Shown here: positions 1-9,326 of the stretch, piece after piece | Layout of the letters: the number at the start of each line of letters is the position of its first letter | Position numbering within the stretch: position 1 is the stretch's first letter | DNA from: a virus | DNA: 64,000 bases | Strand: one strand, 5' to 3' | Virus record (IMG/VR): IMGVR_UViG_3300035670_000130 | Span: 1 to 64,000 of that record | Notes under the pieces: generated by a model | The model's input: only the letters and a program-made list of their open reading frames with translations | What the model was told of the DNA's origin: nothing | The model's database searches: none | Program-made: the position numbers and the translations under genes

Positions 1-353
1 TCTGCTACTTTAGCTACAACATCCAGGTTAGCCATTGCTGTGGTCATAAAAGGTCTTCCTGGTAGTATAGCCTTGCCATTGGAGCCACCTTCGTGGACAA
101 GCTTAGAGTGATCTTCCTTGTTAAAAAAGATGATGCGATTACCCTCTATGCGATAGTCTTGTCCCCTCAGTAAATGACCAAGGTCAACAATATCCCTGGG
201 GCTAGTGACAACCTGCCTGTTTTTACGACGAGTTTCACGGGGCCACTCCCATTCAGGAGACTGTATTAGACGTAGAATCTCCTGATGCACCTCTTCCGCC
301 ACTTGCTCCAGTGCGGAAGTGACCATGGGATCGATGTCTATGTCAAGTGGCAT
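1..353 (-). CDS. Partial CDS (first 117 aa; continues past window start), possible HK97-gp10-like head-tail/tail-completion protein
   Basis: Not in the ORF track because it runs off the edge. ATG at 353-351, just downstream of the stop of the 358-1317 gene. My translation MPLDIDIDPMVTSALEQVAEEVHQEILRL...GGSNGKAILPGRPFMTTAMANLDVVAKVA stays open to nt 1. The LPGRPF-type motif recalls the HK97 gp10 family (from memory). Confidence 0.5.
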   Translation of the reverse strand, partial: MPLDIDIDPMVTSALEQVAEEVHQEILRLIQSPEWEWPRETRRKNRQVVTSPRDIVDLGHLLRGQDYRIEGNRIIFFNKEDHSKLVHEGGSNGKAILPGRPFMTTAMANLDVVAKVA

Positions 354-357
354 GGCG

Positions 358-1317
358 TTAACCCATGGAAGAATAACAGCGCATCAACAACGTCTTTGAT
401 GCGAACGTCCCTACTGGTAAATACCAGGGACTTCCAGCATCTGGTGTCACACCAATAAGTCTAACTGGTTTCAAATAAGTATATGTGCCGATACCTAAAA
501 GCATATTAGGCACTCTGCCGATTACAGGGTAGCCTAGCGTAGCATTGTCGTCATAAACCCACATATCTGTAGCCCATTGTGCGCCGGGGGTTTGTCCATC
601 GGAGCAGGCTATTGTGTAAGCGGCTCTACCTGTTTCTAATGACTGCTTGAAACTATTGCCAATATAATGTCCACCCCGGAGGTCAACAGAAGAATAGCCA
701 TTGTGTGCCATAAGAAAACTCTTAGTGGACTCTGAAGCACCGTAATAGTTAAAGTTCTGGTTAACATTTTGCAACCTACAGGCAAACCGGAACATGGTTT
801 TAATAGCCCCAGTAGAGAGGTTTGTTTGATGCCAGAGCATTGCTAATCCCTGATCGGAGGCAGTGATTACAAAATTAAGGAGAGTATATCCAACTCCAGA
901 ATCCCATACGTCATGTCCCACATAACCCAAATAACCGAGCAAATTAGACGTAGCAACATTTAAGTCGGTAGTACCGGGGAAGCCATTATTATTCCAGAGT
1001 GTTATACCTTCATAGGTAAAAGCCAAGTTGTCAATACCAAATACAAATCTGTCGTCTATATCACCAGCGGAACCAAAGGCAAAGTAAAGTGGGAATCCCG
1101 AAACCGAATTAACGACCCATCCATTGATGACAGATTGAGAGACAACGTTTCTGTATAGCAAACCAGAAGCAGATAAAAGAGAGGACGCATCAGCGGAAAA
1201 ACTGGTATAGTCTACGGACTTGAGAAAGTTTCTAGTCGGATAATTAATATCATGATTACCCCAGCGGCAGTCGCCTAGGTATTTATTGCCAGCACCGTCA
1301 GTATAAATTGTACTCAT
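358..1317 (-). CDS. Receptor-binding / tail-fibre-like protein, paralog A
   Basis: 319-aa ORF with an AGGAGG Shine-Dalgarno before the ATG at 1317. N-terminus MSTIYTD..GNK.LG.C.WGNHDINYP and C-terminus QWATDMWV.D.NATLGYP.IGRVPNMLLG.GT.TYLKPV are shared with the adjacent 328-aa ORF. It sits at the distal end of the tail module. Function is inferred from context. Confidence 0.7.
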   Translation of the reverse strand: MSTIYTDGAGNKYLGDCRWGNHDINYPTRNFLKSVDYTSFSADASSLLSASGLLYRNVVSQSVINGWVVNSVSGFPLYFAFGSAGDIDDRFVFGIDNLAFTYEGITLWNNNGFPGTTDLNVATSNLLGYLGYVGHDVWDSGVGYTLLNFVITASDQGLAMLWHQTNLSTGAIKTMFRFACRLQNVNQNFNYYGASESTKSFLMAHNGYSSVDLRGGHYIGNSFKQSLETGRAAYTIACSDGQTPGAQWATDMWVYDDNATLGYPVIGRVPNMLLGIGTYTYLKPVRLIGVTPDAGSPWYLPVGTFASKTLLMRCYSSMG

Positions 1318-1327
1318 AGCAAACCTC

Positions 1328-2314
1328 CTATTGGGAATAACAGCGCATTAGCAGAGTCCTGGTACCATAAGTACCTACAGGCAACCATAGGTTGCTACCT
1401 GCATCAGGAGCAGTAATTAACTGCACGGGCTTAAGGTAAGTAAAAGTTCCGACCCCTAATAACATATTAGGTACTCTACCTATACAGGGGTAACCGAGGG
1501 TAGCGTTATTGTCGAACACCCACATATCCGTCGCCCACTGCCCGGTGGGTGTAGCACCGTTAGAGCAGGCTATAGGGTACATTGCGTCGCCTGTTTGTAG
1601 CAGAGTCTTTACAGCATCTACAATATAATGTGATTTATAGTTATACTTTGCAGACAGAGAAGAAGTAACAGTATTAAAAGTAGTTCCACTGTCATACGAT
1701 ATTCTGAGATGAATTTGGTAAGTGAAAGGACTCTGGGTATAATAGCCAAAGTTTGGGTTTACGTCTTCAAGAAGTCCCCAGTACAAGAAGATAGGGTTTA
1801 CATTAAAGCTCGTGTGGGCAGTTACGTCGTTAAAGGTCATAAGACCAAAGGATTGTGTTCCGGCACAAGCAACGTATCGAACCCAGTTCCATACATATTG
1901 TGTATAACTAGGTTCTGCACCATAAGCTAAATAGGCAAAAGTATCGCCCCATTGCGCACTCCCCGCTTCTGAATAAACCACTGTATTTAACCACCTGCTT
2001 CGGTACGGCCAATTTATGTTGCCATAGTTTTCGGATGAGTCTAGTCCCCAGTTAGCTTGAGTGGTAGAAGTTATAACAGTAGGACTAAATAGAAACAGAT
2101 TTTGTCTAATAGTTGTATTGGTAGTGGGTCTAACATAAACATTGTTGTAAGAGGCAGCAGAAAAGAGAGAGGATAAATCTGACGACATCGTTACCCAGTT
2201 TGACTTATCAGTAGGGTAAAGCCAATTAGTAGACGGATAATTAATATCATGATTACCCCACTTGCAGTTCCCCAAGAACTTATTCCCTAGTGCATCCGTA
2301 TAGATAGTAGACAT
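1328..2314 (-). CDS. Receptor-binding / tail-fibre-like protein, paralog B
   Basis: 328-aa ORF, ATG at 2314. Conserved N- and C-termini with the 358-1317 product; the central part is divergent. Confidence 0.7.
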   Translation of the reverse strand: MSTIYTDALGNKFLGNCKWGNHDINYPSTNWLYPTDKSNWVTMSSDLSSLFSAASYNNVYVRPTTNTTIRQNLFLFSPTVITSTTQANWGLDSSENYGNINWPYRSRWLNTVVYSEAGSAQWGDTFAYLAYGAEPSYTQYVWNWVRYVACAGTQSFGLMTFNDVTAHTSFNVNPIFLYWGLLEDVNPNFGYYTQSPFTYQIHLRISYDSGTTFNTVTSSLSAKYNYKSHYIVDAVKTLLQTGDAMYPIACSNGATPTGQWATDMWVFDNNATLGYPCIGRVPNMLLGVGTFTYLKPVQLITAPDAGSNLWLPVGTYGTRTLLMRCYSQ

Positions 2315-2326
2315 GATTGAATCCCC

Positions 2327-3226
2327 CTAAATAAGATTATCTGTCCAAACTCGCATACCTATCTTATCCGTGCCCCAGGTTCCGACGCACATCCAATAGG
2401 CTTTTTGGTCTGTCTCTACTTGTCCTGTGTCTGGGTCTATGCCCGTGTTGCGGTAGATTTTGCCGACAACGGCTGTAGAAGGGAGTATCATCATGTTCCA
2501 CAGCTTGCCTATGTAATTATTGGGGGCGGTAGAATCTCTAATAATTACGTCTGTAGAATTTGCGCTAGGGGTGGCGACAGAACAAGAAAGGGTGGGGTTT
2601 TGCCTACTCACATTAGTTGCTGTCGTTAAATTCTCTTGAGCAACACGTTGAGAAGCCGTCAAGTCCCAGAAGACATAGTTCCTAGGATACTGTAAACCAG
2701 AGTATACACCCTCTTTTAACCAGCCCTGATACCCCATGGTATAAGGCTCACTTGTATCTACTTGGTTGTTCGCAAATGCTTTTATGCAGATTGAATAGTT
2801 GTTTACTACTCCAAATATCATTTGATAAGAGCTTGGGGCGTTTGCGTAATTCCCCCAGCTTGACGTAGACGTAGTTATATATGAAGCATTAATACCATTG
2901 CCAGTACCTATCCTTGCTGTGGTGGTAACGTAGTAGGGGGCTAACACACTCCTTGCGTTACCAACTCCATCTACACCGGCGAACCCAGCCCTGGATGGTG
3001 CGGCTATGGTTCCTGTCTTGGTTTCCCAAGGAACAGGCCATCGTATAGCCCAAGCGTAATCACCTCCATCTTGCGTCCATTTAGTTCTGTCATCACCAAA
3101 GTGTGCAGTTAGTAACTGCGTTATTCCGGCTCGACCAGGGACTTCCCCCTTTACGACTGGATCAATATAATTCAGAAACGTAGTAGTCTCGCCGTTAATA
3201 GAGATTTGATTGATTAAGTTTGTCAT
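2327..3226 (-). CDS. Tail-associated structural protein (unknown family)
   Basis: 299-aa ORF. Its ATG (3226-3224) overlaps the upstream stop as ATGA, which suggests translational coupling inside the tail operon. Confidence 0.65.
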   Translation of the reverse strand: MTNLINQISINGETTTFLNYIDPVVKGEVPGRAGITQLLTAHFGDDRTKWTQDGGDYAWAIRWPVPWETKTGTIAAPSRAGFAGVDGVGNARSVLAPYYVTTTARIGTGNGINASYITTSTSSWGNYANAPSSYQMIFGVVNNYSICIKAFANNQVDTSEPYTMGYQGWLKEGVYSGLQYPRNYVFWDLTASQRVAQENLTTATNVSRQNPTLSCSVATPSANSTDVIIRDSTAPNNYIGKLWNMMILPSTAVVGKIYRNTGIDPDTGQVETDQKAYWMCVGTWGTDKIGMRVWTDNLI

Positions 3227-4425
3227 GGTGTTGGTAATCCTGATGTATCTTGTTGACAGTAAACAATAGTGCCATCAGCAGGGATAGGGCTATAGGGATT
3301 GGGAAGACTGGACGTATCCTGTTGACAGTAGAGAACAGTTCCATCGGCAGGAATAGGACTATAGGGATTGGGGAGGCTGGACGTATCTTGGGCACAATAC
3401 GTTATTGGCTGTACATAAAAGTCACTAGCATCCTGTGGGCAATATCCAGTATCCGTCTGTGTACTGGTAACAATCGTAAAGTCAATATTAAAGAAATTAG
3501 AGGTATTCTGCGGGCAGTAATTGGTGTCAACCTGTTTCTGATCCTGATTCCCAATTGCATAATCGGGAATAGTTTGTGGACAGTAGCTGCTGTCGGTTCC
3601 ACTGTAAACAATAGTGAAATTAATTGCGTAATCAGGTACGACCTGTGGACAGTAGTACAACCAGTTGGGATCTGGGATGATAGTGTAATCAGGTAAAACC
3701 TGTTGACAGTAGTAAGGCCAATCAACCTCAACTCTCCGTGCTGGGCCATTCGGATAAATGTCTTCCCATTTGCCAGTGACAATAATTTTGTAGTCAAGAT
3801 TAGTGAATTGGTTAACTGCACGACCTCGGTTTAACCCGAAGAATGCCTGTGCCCATTGACCTCCACGACCATAGGCATCTAAAACCTGGATTTTACACAT
3901 CAACCCATTCTTAATAGCCTTTCGTACCGCCGCATAACCTGGGTCGGTATGAACCCATGCGCCACTAGCTGTTCCACTTGCCGTAATACCGGACACACGA
4001 CCTGCGATTTTCCTATTAGAAAAACCCTGATCAGAGAAAAAGTTCATCGCATTGTCGGCATTGACGACCTTTGCGGAGAACAACGGGATCGGGGTGTCCA
4101 GTGTGCATCTACTGCCAGGATAAATACCAGCGGTGGAAGGGAGAATGGGAATTGTCGTCTCCCCAGGTTCCACTACGTCAGCTAAAAATACAGAGAGTGG
4201 ATTTGCTTCAGTCCCAAAATTAAGCCTGGTGCCCTCATAAAGCCGGTAGGTAGAACCAGACTGGAGGATAATCTCTTCATCGCCAGGCTGGACAAACCAG
4301 TCCAAGACGAGCGTTTCTGAAGGGATAGGGCTACCAAACCGATATGGTTCCGACAGGAAAACCTTGGTCTGCTGACCAATGTTGTACCTGCTGGTATCAT
4401 TCAGTTCGGAGTATTGCCTAGACAT
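3223..4425 (-). CDS. Tail tube-like structural protein, long paralog with C-terminal YC(P/Q)Q repeat extension
   Basis: 400-aa ORF. The N-terminal ~230 aa are clearly homologous to the 4435-5133 product (MSRQ...RYNIGQQTK.FLSEPYR.G...LNFGTE...SGAW..DPG.A...AIK.G..CKIQVLD..GRGGQ). The C-terminal ~170 aa carry about 9 YCPQ/YCQQ/YCAQ units. The tube-like assignment is inference. Confidence 0.65.
   Translation of the reverse strand: MSRQYSELNDTSRYNIGQQTKVFLSEPYRFGSPIPSETLVLDWFVQPGDEEIILQSGSTYRLYEGTRLNFGTEANPLSVFLADVVEPGETTIPILPSTAGIYPGSRCTLDTPIPLFSAKVVNADNAMNFFSDQGFSNRKIAGRVSGITASGTASGAWVHTDPGYAAVRKAIKNGLMCKIQVLDAYGRGGQWAQAFFGLNRGRAVNQFTNLDYKIIVTGKWEDIYPNGPARRVEVDWPYYCQQVLPDYTIIPDPNWLYYCPQVVPDYAINFTIVYSGTDSSYCPQTIPDYAIGNQDQKQVDTNYCPQNTSNFFNIDFTIVTSTQTDTGYCPQDASDFYVQPITYCAQDTSSLPNPYSPIPADGTVLYCQQDTSSLPNPYSPIPADGTIVYCQQDTSGLPTP
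3251..3388 (-). repeat. 69-bp tandem repeat (2 near-identical copies plus degenerate copies upstream) inside the 3223-4425 CDS
   Basis: tgttgacagt recurs at 3251 and 3320, with tgggcacaat at 3389. Each unit encodes YCQQDTSSLPNPYSPIPADGT(V/I)(L/V). Confidence 0.9.
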
Positions 4426-4434
4426 TAATTACCC

Positions 4435-5133
4435 CTAGATGTCTTGAAGCGGATTAGGCTTGTATGTCTTCCAAGATCCGGTCACGATTATATTGTAAGC
4501 GACCTGGGTGAATTGATTTTGCGTCCGAGTCTTATTGGATCCAAAAAACACGCTGGCATATTGACCACCTCTGCCAAAGGGATCCAAAACCTGGATTTTG
4601 CATAGGTAGCCAATTTTGATTGCCCTTTGAACAATAGCGTGACCAGGGTCGTCTTTAATCCAGGCACCACTACTAGAACCCTTTGCTTCAATACCAGGAA
4701 TAGCACCAGCGGTGTAGTACATGGCACTAAAGTTTTGATCGTTGAACATCGTCGGACTGTTGTCAGTCTCGAACACCTTAGCCGAAAACAACGGATAGGG
4801 TGTGTCCAGAATAGCCGTAGCATTATCTGGAGCATCGCAAGTGGACTTGTTGATATTGATTACCGTGTCGCCGGGATCTGCTAGTCCAGCAACAATAACG
4901 GTAGCCGGGTCGTCCTCGGTTCCAAAGTTCAATCTAGTACCTTCATGCAATGTTTTGGCTGAAGGGGTACTGAGTGTAATAGTCTCATCGCCAAAGACGA
5001 TAGGCGCATCTAAAACTAAGGTTTCAAAAACAGGGCTTTTGCCGTAACGGTATGGTTCCGAGAGGAAGATTTTGGTCTGTTGACCGATGTTATAACGAGC
5101 AGTATTAGAGAGTTTAGTGAACTGTCTGGACAT
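4435..5133 (-). CDS. Tail tube-like structural protein, short paralog
   Basis: The ORF track starts at 5163. I prefer the ATG at 5133 (MSRQFTKL...), which has GGAGGC 5 nt upstream and aligns with the start of the paralog MSRQYSEL. Confidence 0.65.
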   Translation of the reverse strand: MSRQFTKLSNTARYNIGQQTKIFLSEPYRYGKSPVFETLVLDAPIVFGDETITLSTPSAKTLHEGTRLNFGTEDDPATVIVAGLADPGDTVININKSTCDAPDNATAILDTPYPLFSAKVFETDNSPTMFNDQNFSAMYYTAGAIPGIEAKGSSSGAWIKDDPGHAIVQRAIKIGYLCKIQVLDPFGRGGQYASVFFGSNKTRTQNQFTQVAYNIIVTGSWKTYKPNPLQDI

Positions 5134-5144
5134 GGTAGCCTCCG

Positions 5145-8100
5145 TTAAATAATTCCACCACAAGAAATAGACATGGCATTTTCATTATCAGTTATTTCTT
5201 GAGTCGTAAGCACACGATCCCAGATCGCTACTTTGCCAATATTTCCCCGAAAATTCCATGTTGATGATGTTACCGTTTGTGGGCCTATTGCCAACGGAAA
5301 CGTAGAGGGTTGAGTAATTCCACTGCCAGACTGAGAAGTGGTCAGCGACTGTAAAACTCCGTCGATCCTAACCTTTTGCCTATCAGTATTAATAACTTCG
5401 GCTTGATCTACAATTACTGTAATAATATTTCCTGTCGTGTCACTTAGGATCAACGTCGGAGTTGACTGCCTTAATCGATCAGTTGTTGTTCCTGTTCCGG
5501 TAGATACGTCTATTCCCCCGCTGTTGCCCCTAATGTAAATACCACCCTCGGTAGTAGAAGACGGATCGCCTTTAGATAACAAGTCGCCTATTGGATACTG
5601 TGAATTAACAGGGCCGACTGCGATCATGATTGTATATTGAGCCGATGCCCCAGAAAAGACATCGTCTAATATGTCGCCAAAACTCAGTCCGTTTCTGTTT
5701 GCATAAACAAACTTAAACGACGGAGTGTTATTTAATTCCGTCAACGTATGCAACAAGTTTTGCTGGGAATCGGTTGTGTAATTAATCGTACTTCCAGGAG
5801 CGGTAAATGGAGCAACAACGGTCGCCCCTTGGGTTCCTGAATATTGCGCCGCATCCAAAAATGCAACAAGCCCACTTCCGGTTGGGGTATAAATACCACC
5901 CAAGACAGTAAACGTGCCAGCAGCAACATCTCCAACCGGATAAGGCGGAGATGTATTGCCAACAACAGTAATCGTTCCCGTACTGGCACCAGTAGGAATA
6001 GTTGCAGTAATCTCGGTATCGCTAACAACAGTAAAGTTCGTCAAGTTTATAGTGCCAATTTTTACCCCTGTTGCATTAGTCGTAAAGTTAGTACCAGTAA
6101 TCGTAATAGAGGTGAGGGAATAACCTGTATTTGGGCTAAGTCCAGACACCGTCATAACAGAAGCATTAACCGTAAATGTTCCTGCGTTTACATTTGCCGG
6201 TGGAACAGAATATGAAGTGTTACCAAGCACTGTCAATGTCCCAGTCTCGGTATTAGATGGAACCGTGGCCGTAATTTGACTACTGGAAACAATAGTGAAA
6301 TTGGTCAGCGCAACCGCTCCAATCGTGACCCCCATCGCATAATTAAGCCCTGTACCATTAATGGTAATAGAAGTAGACTGTCCGTAGGTGTGTGATGTCG
6401 GAGTAAAGTCACTAACCGTCATAACAGGAGCATTGACACTAAACACCCCAGCTACAACATCATCCGGTGTAGACGGCAACCCTGTATCTCCCAAAACAGT
6501 AAGATTACCGGTAACTGCATTAGCTGGAACAGTGGCGGTTACATGGGTGCTGGAGACAACGGTAAAGTCAGTTAAAGCAATAGCTCCAATCGTGACCCCC
6601 ATGGCATAATTCAATCCGGTTCCGTAGATATTGACGGTAGTGGTCTGTCCAGAGGTGTGGAATGTCGGGTTGTAACTAGTTACAGTCATCTCAGGAACAC
6701 CAAAGGTAAAAGTTCCTGCGTTGATGTCACTAGCTGGATTCGGCAACTGATCGTTAGCCAGAATGATAATATCGCCTGTCCCAGCTAAATAAGACACCCT
6801 TGCCGTGACCTGAGTTGGCGAGACGATGACGTAATTGGTCAGGAAGTAATTATTTATTCTCGCCCCTTCCGACTTGTCTAGGTTAGTGCCGGTAATGACC
6901 ACGTCTTGAGATTGTCCAACTACTCCAAAATTGGGAACGATACTTGTTACCGTCATGACTGGAGCGACCACTAGGTCAGGCGACGAGTCAATGGTGCGCC
7001 CCCATCCCCTGCCAACAGTAGCGTTCATCTGATAAACCGTAACGTTAACATCCTCCTGGACAACTCCGAAATCCATGATCTGCCTTGTGGCAGTATAGTT
7101 AACAAAATTCTGATTGGAGGTAAGCGTTCCACCGCCGAGAATAGCAACCTCATATTGCTCTGAAGTCTCACTCATTGGCAATCCAGTGAACGCACTGGCG
7201 TACCCAGATCGTCGATCTCTCCGCACCCAGGAAATAGTCATGTCCCCATCTTGATTTTTCACCACTTCTACACTGGCTGGTGAGTAAGGTTTGTTGCAAT
7301 AAAAAGCAAGCTGGGGAATCGTATAGTAATCGGTAATAGAAGACTCTATTGCCCCAGTGCCAACAGCTTTAAACCGAATCTCCCTACCAAGATCATTTGG
7401 GAGCATATCTACCCGCAGAAGTGGACTAGACAGGCAAACAACGTCACTATCAATAGCATGACTACCCATAGCCCACTCCGTCCCACGAACACCCCGACGG
7501 AGGTAACTAATGGTATAAGTCCCCTCTCCGGTCAGCGTGGCATCTCTGGCCATAATAAACTCGTCTCCAACCAGGAAGAGAAGACCCCTGTTGTCATCAA
7601 ATTTTTGCTGGGTAACCGAAGATAGCTGACCATTTACCCCATAGACAACAAAACTCTGGGATGTCTGCAAGCTCGACAACCCAGACACGTCCATAGGCGG
7701 TGGAGCAGTACCAAGCTTACCAACAACAGTAGAACCGGACACACCACCTACCGAGTCGTAACTAGCACCTCCATCACGACTCATGACAATAGTGCCACCC
7801 CGCCAGCCCTCACTGCCAACTACAGCCACATATACGGAATTGTCGGGATCCGTATCGTTGATCAAATGAATGTCAAGTGGGATAAGGGTTGCCGTTCCAG
7901 GCGTTCTAACGACAGGCGGGGCATAAGATGTCGCAATTTCGGTAACAGGCACTGGGGCTGCGTTTAAATCTGGGAAAGAGGGAATGATGGACGGATCTGG
8001 TGGCGGAGGGACTAATGCCATTGTGCTTGTACAAACACCTTTAACCACAACACGGTAGTCATTTGCAATTAAGACTTCGGTCAACCTATAAACACGACAG

Positions 8101-9326
8101 GTTTCTTTCTCATAAACAGCCAGTGGATCGCCCACCTGGAGGAACCCCCAGTATGGCATCAACGACAGTTCTTCTATCGTATTTGCCTCCCACCTGGCCT
8201 GTTGAACAAGATAGGCTGCGGTATTCACCATGTCGTACTCATTCGTGACAATCCTAGTTCCTATCCTGACCGAAGAGTAATGAGATGCAGATGGATCCCT
8301 GTAATTACAATTGACCTTCGACCACTCCTTGGAACGACTAATAAAGTCTATCGAAACGTCGGACGGAACCGATATTGGGTCTGCCTTTATCTTCCTGTAC
8401 GGATCGGGAATATCATCCCCATACCTTCGGGCACATAAGTCTCCTATCGGCACGAAATGAGTCCATGTTGGGGCAGAACGCTTAACAAAATTGATCTTCC
8501 CCCCAGACTCAAAATAGTCTATTCCATGTATAGTGCATAGGTCTTCCAGGAATGTTGCGTAACTCTCTCCGGTGTTCTCAAAAATTGCTCCATACATTAC
8601 AACTCCGGCACTCGCATTCCAGACGATCTTGTCCGAGGGAATTCCCGCCTTGTTGAATATATGGGTAACAGTCGTAGCTAGGTCGAGTCTATCTGCGCCA
8701 GGATCCCAGTACAATCCCTTGACCTGAACATCCAGTTTTGGGAACCCACTGCCTCGATAAAGCTCAATTGGATAGTTATTGAAAACGATATAGCTACAGC
8801 CCCTAAGTGCTGGGGTGTCCCCGCCGATAACAGACGAGCGTGATTGGTTGTTAGTGCCGGTGTAAATCTCGGTATAGGCTCGAAACTGGTCGTACCATCC
8901 ATCACTGGAATTGGCATCAAAAATGAGTATGCCGTTTGCCCATACTTTTTCTACTGCTGCAATTTGTCCACCTATCAAAAAGGCACAGGTCATGTAGTAA
9001 CTGGCGACCTCGGTTTCCGTAATAGTGGTCGTGGTGCTTCCTCCTGCGCCACCCTTTCCTCCGCCAGCACGGGTAACACTAGTTGAACTGGTCGTTGTAA
9101 TAACTTCCTTTAGTGGTTTAGCCCAAATCAGGGAGCATCCATCTACCTTGCACTCGCCAAACAGATCACGAATAGGATAGCCGTAACTGGAATCAGGGGC
9201 GTTAACATTATCAAGACGGGTCGCTTCGTTCTTCACCCGGTTGACAGTCTTTTGTCCCCGATTTAGCATCCGGCTCAACAAGCTGACACCGGCACCGACC
9301 GCTATAGGAGTAAACGGATCACCCAT
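5145..9326 (-). CDS. Host-specificity / central tail-fibre protein (lambda J / GTA g15-like) with 4 IPT/TIG-like repeats and a C-terminal LamG-like domain
   Basis: 1393 aa. The N-terminal region (GGGKGGAGG..., VWANG..IFD, GCSYIVF) resembles the Phage-tail_3 / GTA ORFg15 family. There are four ~88-aa repeats (PVMTVTS...TGTNL...VTATVP...AGTFTV, about nt 5898-6965). The last 250 aa end in NFRGNIGKVAIWDRVLTTQEI, typical of LamG/concanavalin-like domains. Confidence 0.8.
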   Translation of the reverse strand: MGDPFTPIAVGAGVSLLSRMLNRGQKTVNRVKNEATRLDNVNAPDSSYGYPIRDLFGECKVDGCSLIWAKPLKEVITTTSSTSVTRAGGGKGGAGGSTTTTITETEVASYYMTCAFLIGGQIAAVEKVWANGILIFDANSSDGWYDQFRAYTEIYTGTNNQSRSSVIGGDTPALRGCSYIVFNNYPIELYRGSGFPKLDVQVKGLYWDPGADRLDLATTVTHIFNKAGIPSDKIVWNASAGVVMYGAIFENTGESYATFLEDLCTIHGIDYFESGGKINFVKRSAPTWTHFVPIGDLCARRYGDDIPDPYRKIKADPISVPSDVSIDFISRSKEWSKVNCNYRDPSASHYSSVRIGTRIVTNEYDMVNTAAYLVQQARWEANTIEELSLMPYWGFLQVGDPLAVYEKETCRVYRLTEVLIANDYRVVVKGVCTSTMALVPPPPDPSIIPSFPDLNAAPVPVTEIATSYAPPVVRTPGTATLIPLDIHLINDTDPDNSVYVAVVGSEGWRGGTIVMSRDGGASYDSVGGVSGSTVVGKLGTAPPPMDVSGLSSLQTSQSFVVYGVNGQLSSVTQQKFDDNRGLLFLVGDEFIMARDATLTGEGTYTISYLRRGVRGTEWAMGSHAIDSDVVCLSSPLLRVDMLPNDLGREIRFKAVGTGAIESSITDYYTIPQLAFYCNKPYSPASVEVVKNQDGDMTISWVRRDRRSGYASAFTGLPMSETSEQYEVAILGGGTLTSNQNFVNYTATRQIMDFGVVQEDVNVTVYQMNATVGRGWGRTIDSSPDLVVAPVMTVTSIVPNFGVVGQSQDVVITGTNLDKSEGARINNYFLTNYVIVSPTQVTARVSYLAGTGDIIILANDQLPNPASDINAGTFTFGVPEMTVTSYNPTFHTSGQTTTVNIYGTGLNYAMGVTIGAIALTDFTVVSSTHVTATVPANAVTGNLTVLGDTGLPSTPDDVVAGVFSVNAPVMTVSDFTPTSHTYGQSTSITINGTGLNYAMGVTIGAVALTNFTIVSSSQITATVPSNTETGTLTVLGNTSYSVPPANVNAGTFTVNASVMTVSGLSPNTGYSLTSITITGTNFTTNATGVKIGTINLTNFTVVSDTEITATIPTGASTGTITVVGNTSPPYPVGDVAAGTFTVLGGIYTPTGSGLVAFLDAAQYSGTQGATVVAPFTAPGSTINYTTDSQQNLLHTLTELNNTPSFKFVYANRNGLSFGDILDDVFSGASAQYTIMIAVGPVNSQYPIGDLLSKGDPSSTTEGGIYIRGNSGGIDVSTGTGTTTDRLRQSTPTLILSDTTGNIITVIVDQAEVINTDRQKVRIDGVLQSLTTSQSGSGITQPSTFPLAIGPQTVTSSTWNFRGNIGKVAIWDRVLTTQEITDNENAMSISCGGII

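Noticed and set aside
3250-3821. 148-aa (+), 139-aa (-) and 66-aa (-) ORFs overlapping the YC(P/Q)Q repeat region
   Set aside because: These are alternative frames of tandemly repeated DNA, which naturally lacks stops. The frame giving the paralog-conserved protein is the credible one.
358-5133. Diversity-generating retroelement acting on the tandem tail paralogs
   Set aside because: No reverse-transcriptase ORF is present anywhere in the window. I see no template/variable repeat pair with adenine-specific differences. The divergence between paralogs is spread over long segments.
5741-9086. Numerous 60-125-aa ORFs on both strands inside the J-like gene (e.g. 5741-6028, 5844-6215, 8063-8438, 8678-9086)
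   Set aside because: They are fully nested in a 1393-aa ORF with clear domain structure. Their products are low complexity (R/S/L/P-rich). They are typical shadow ORFs.
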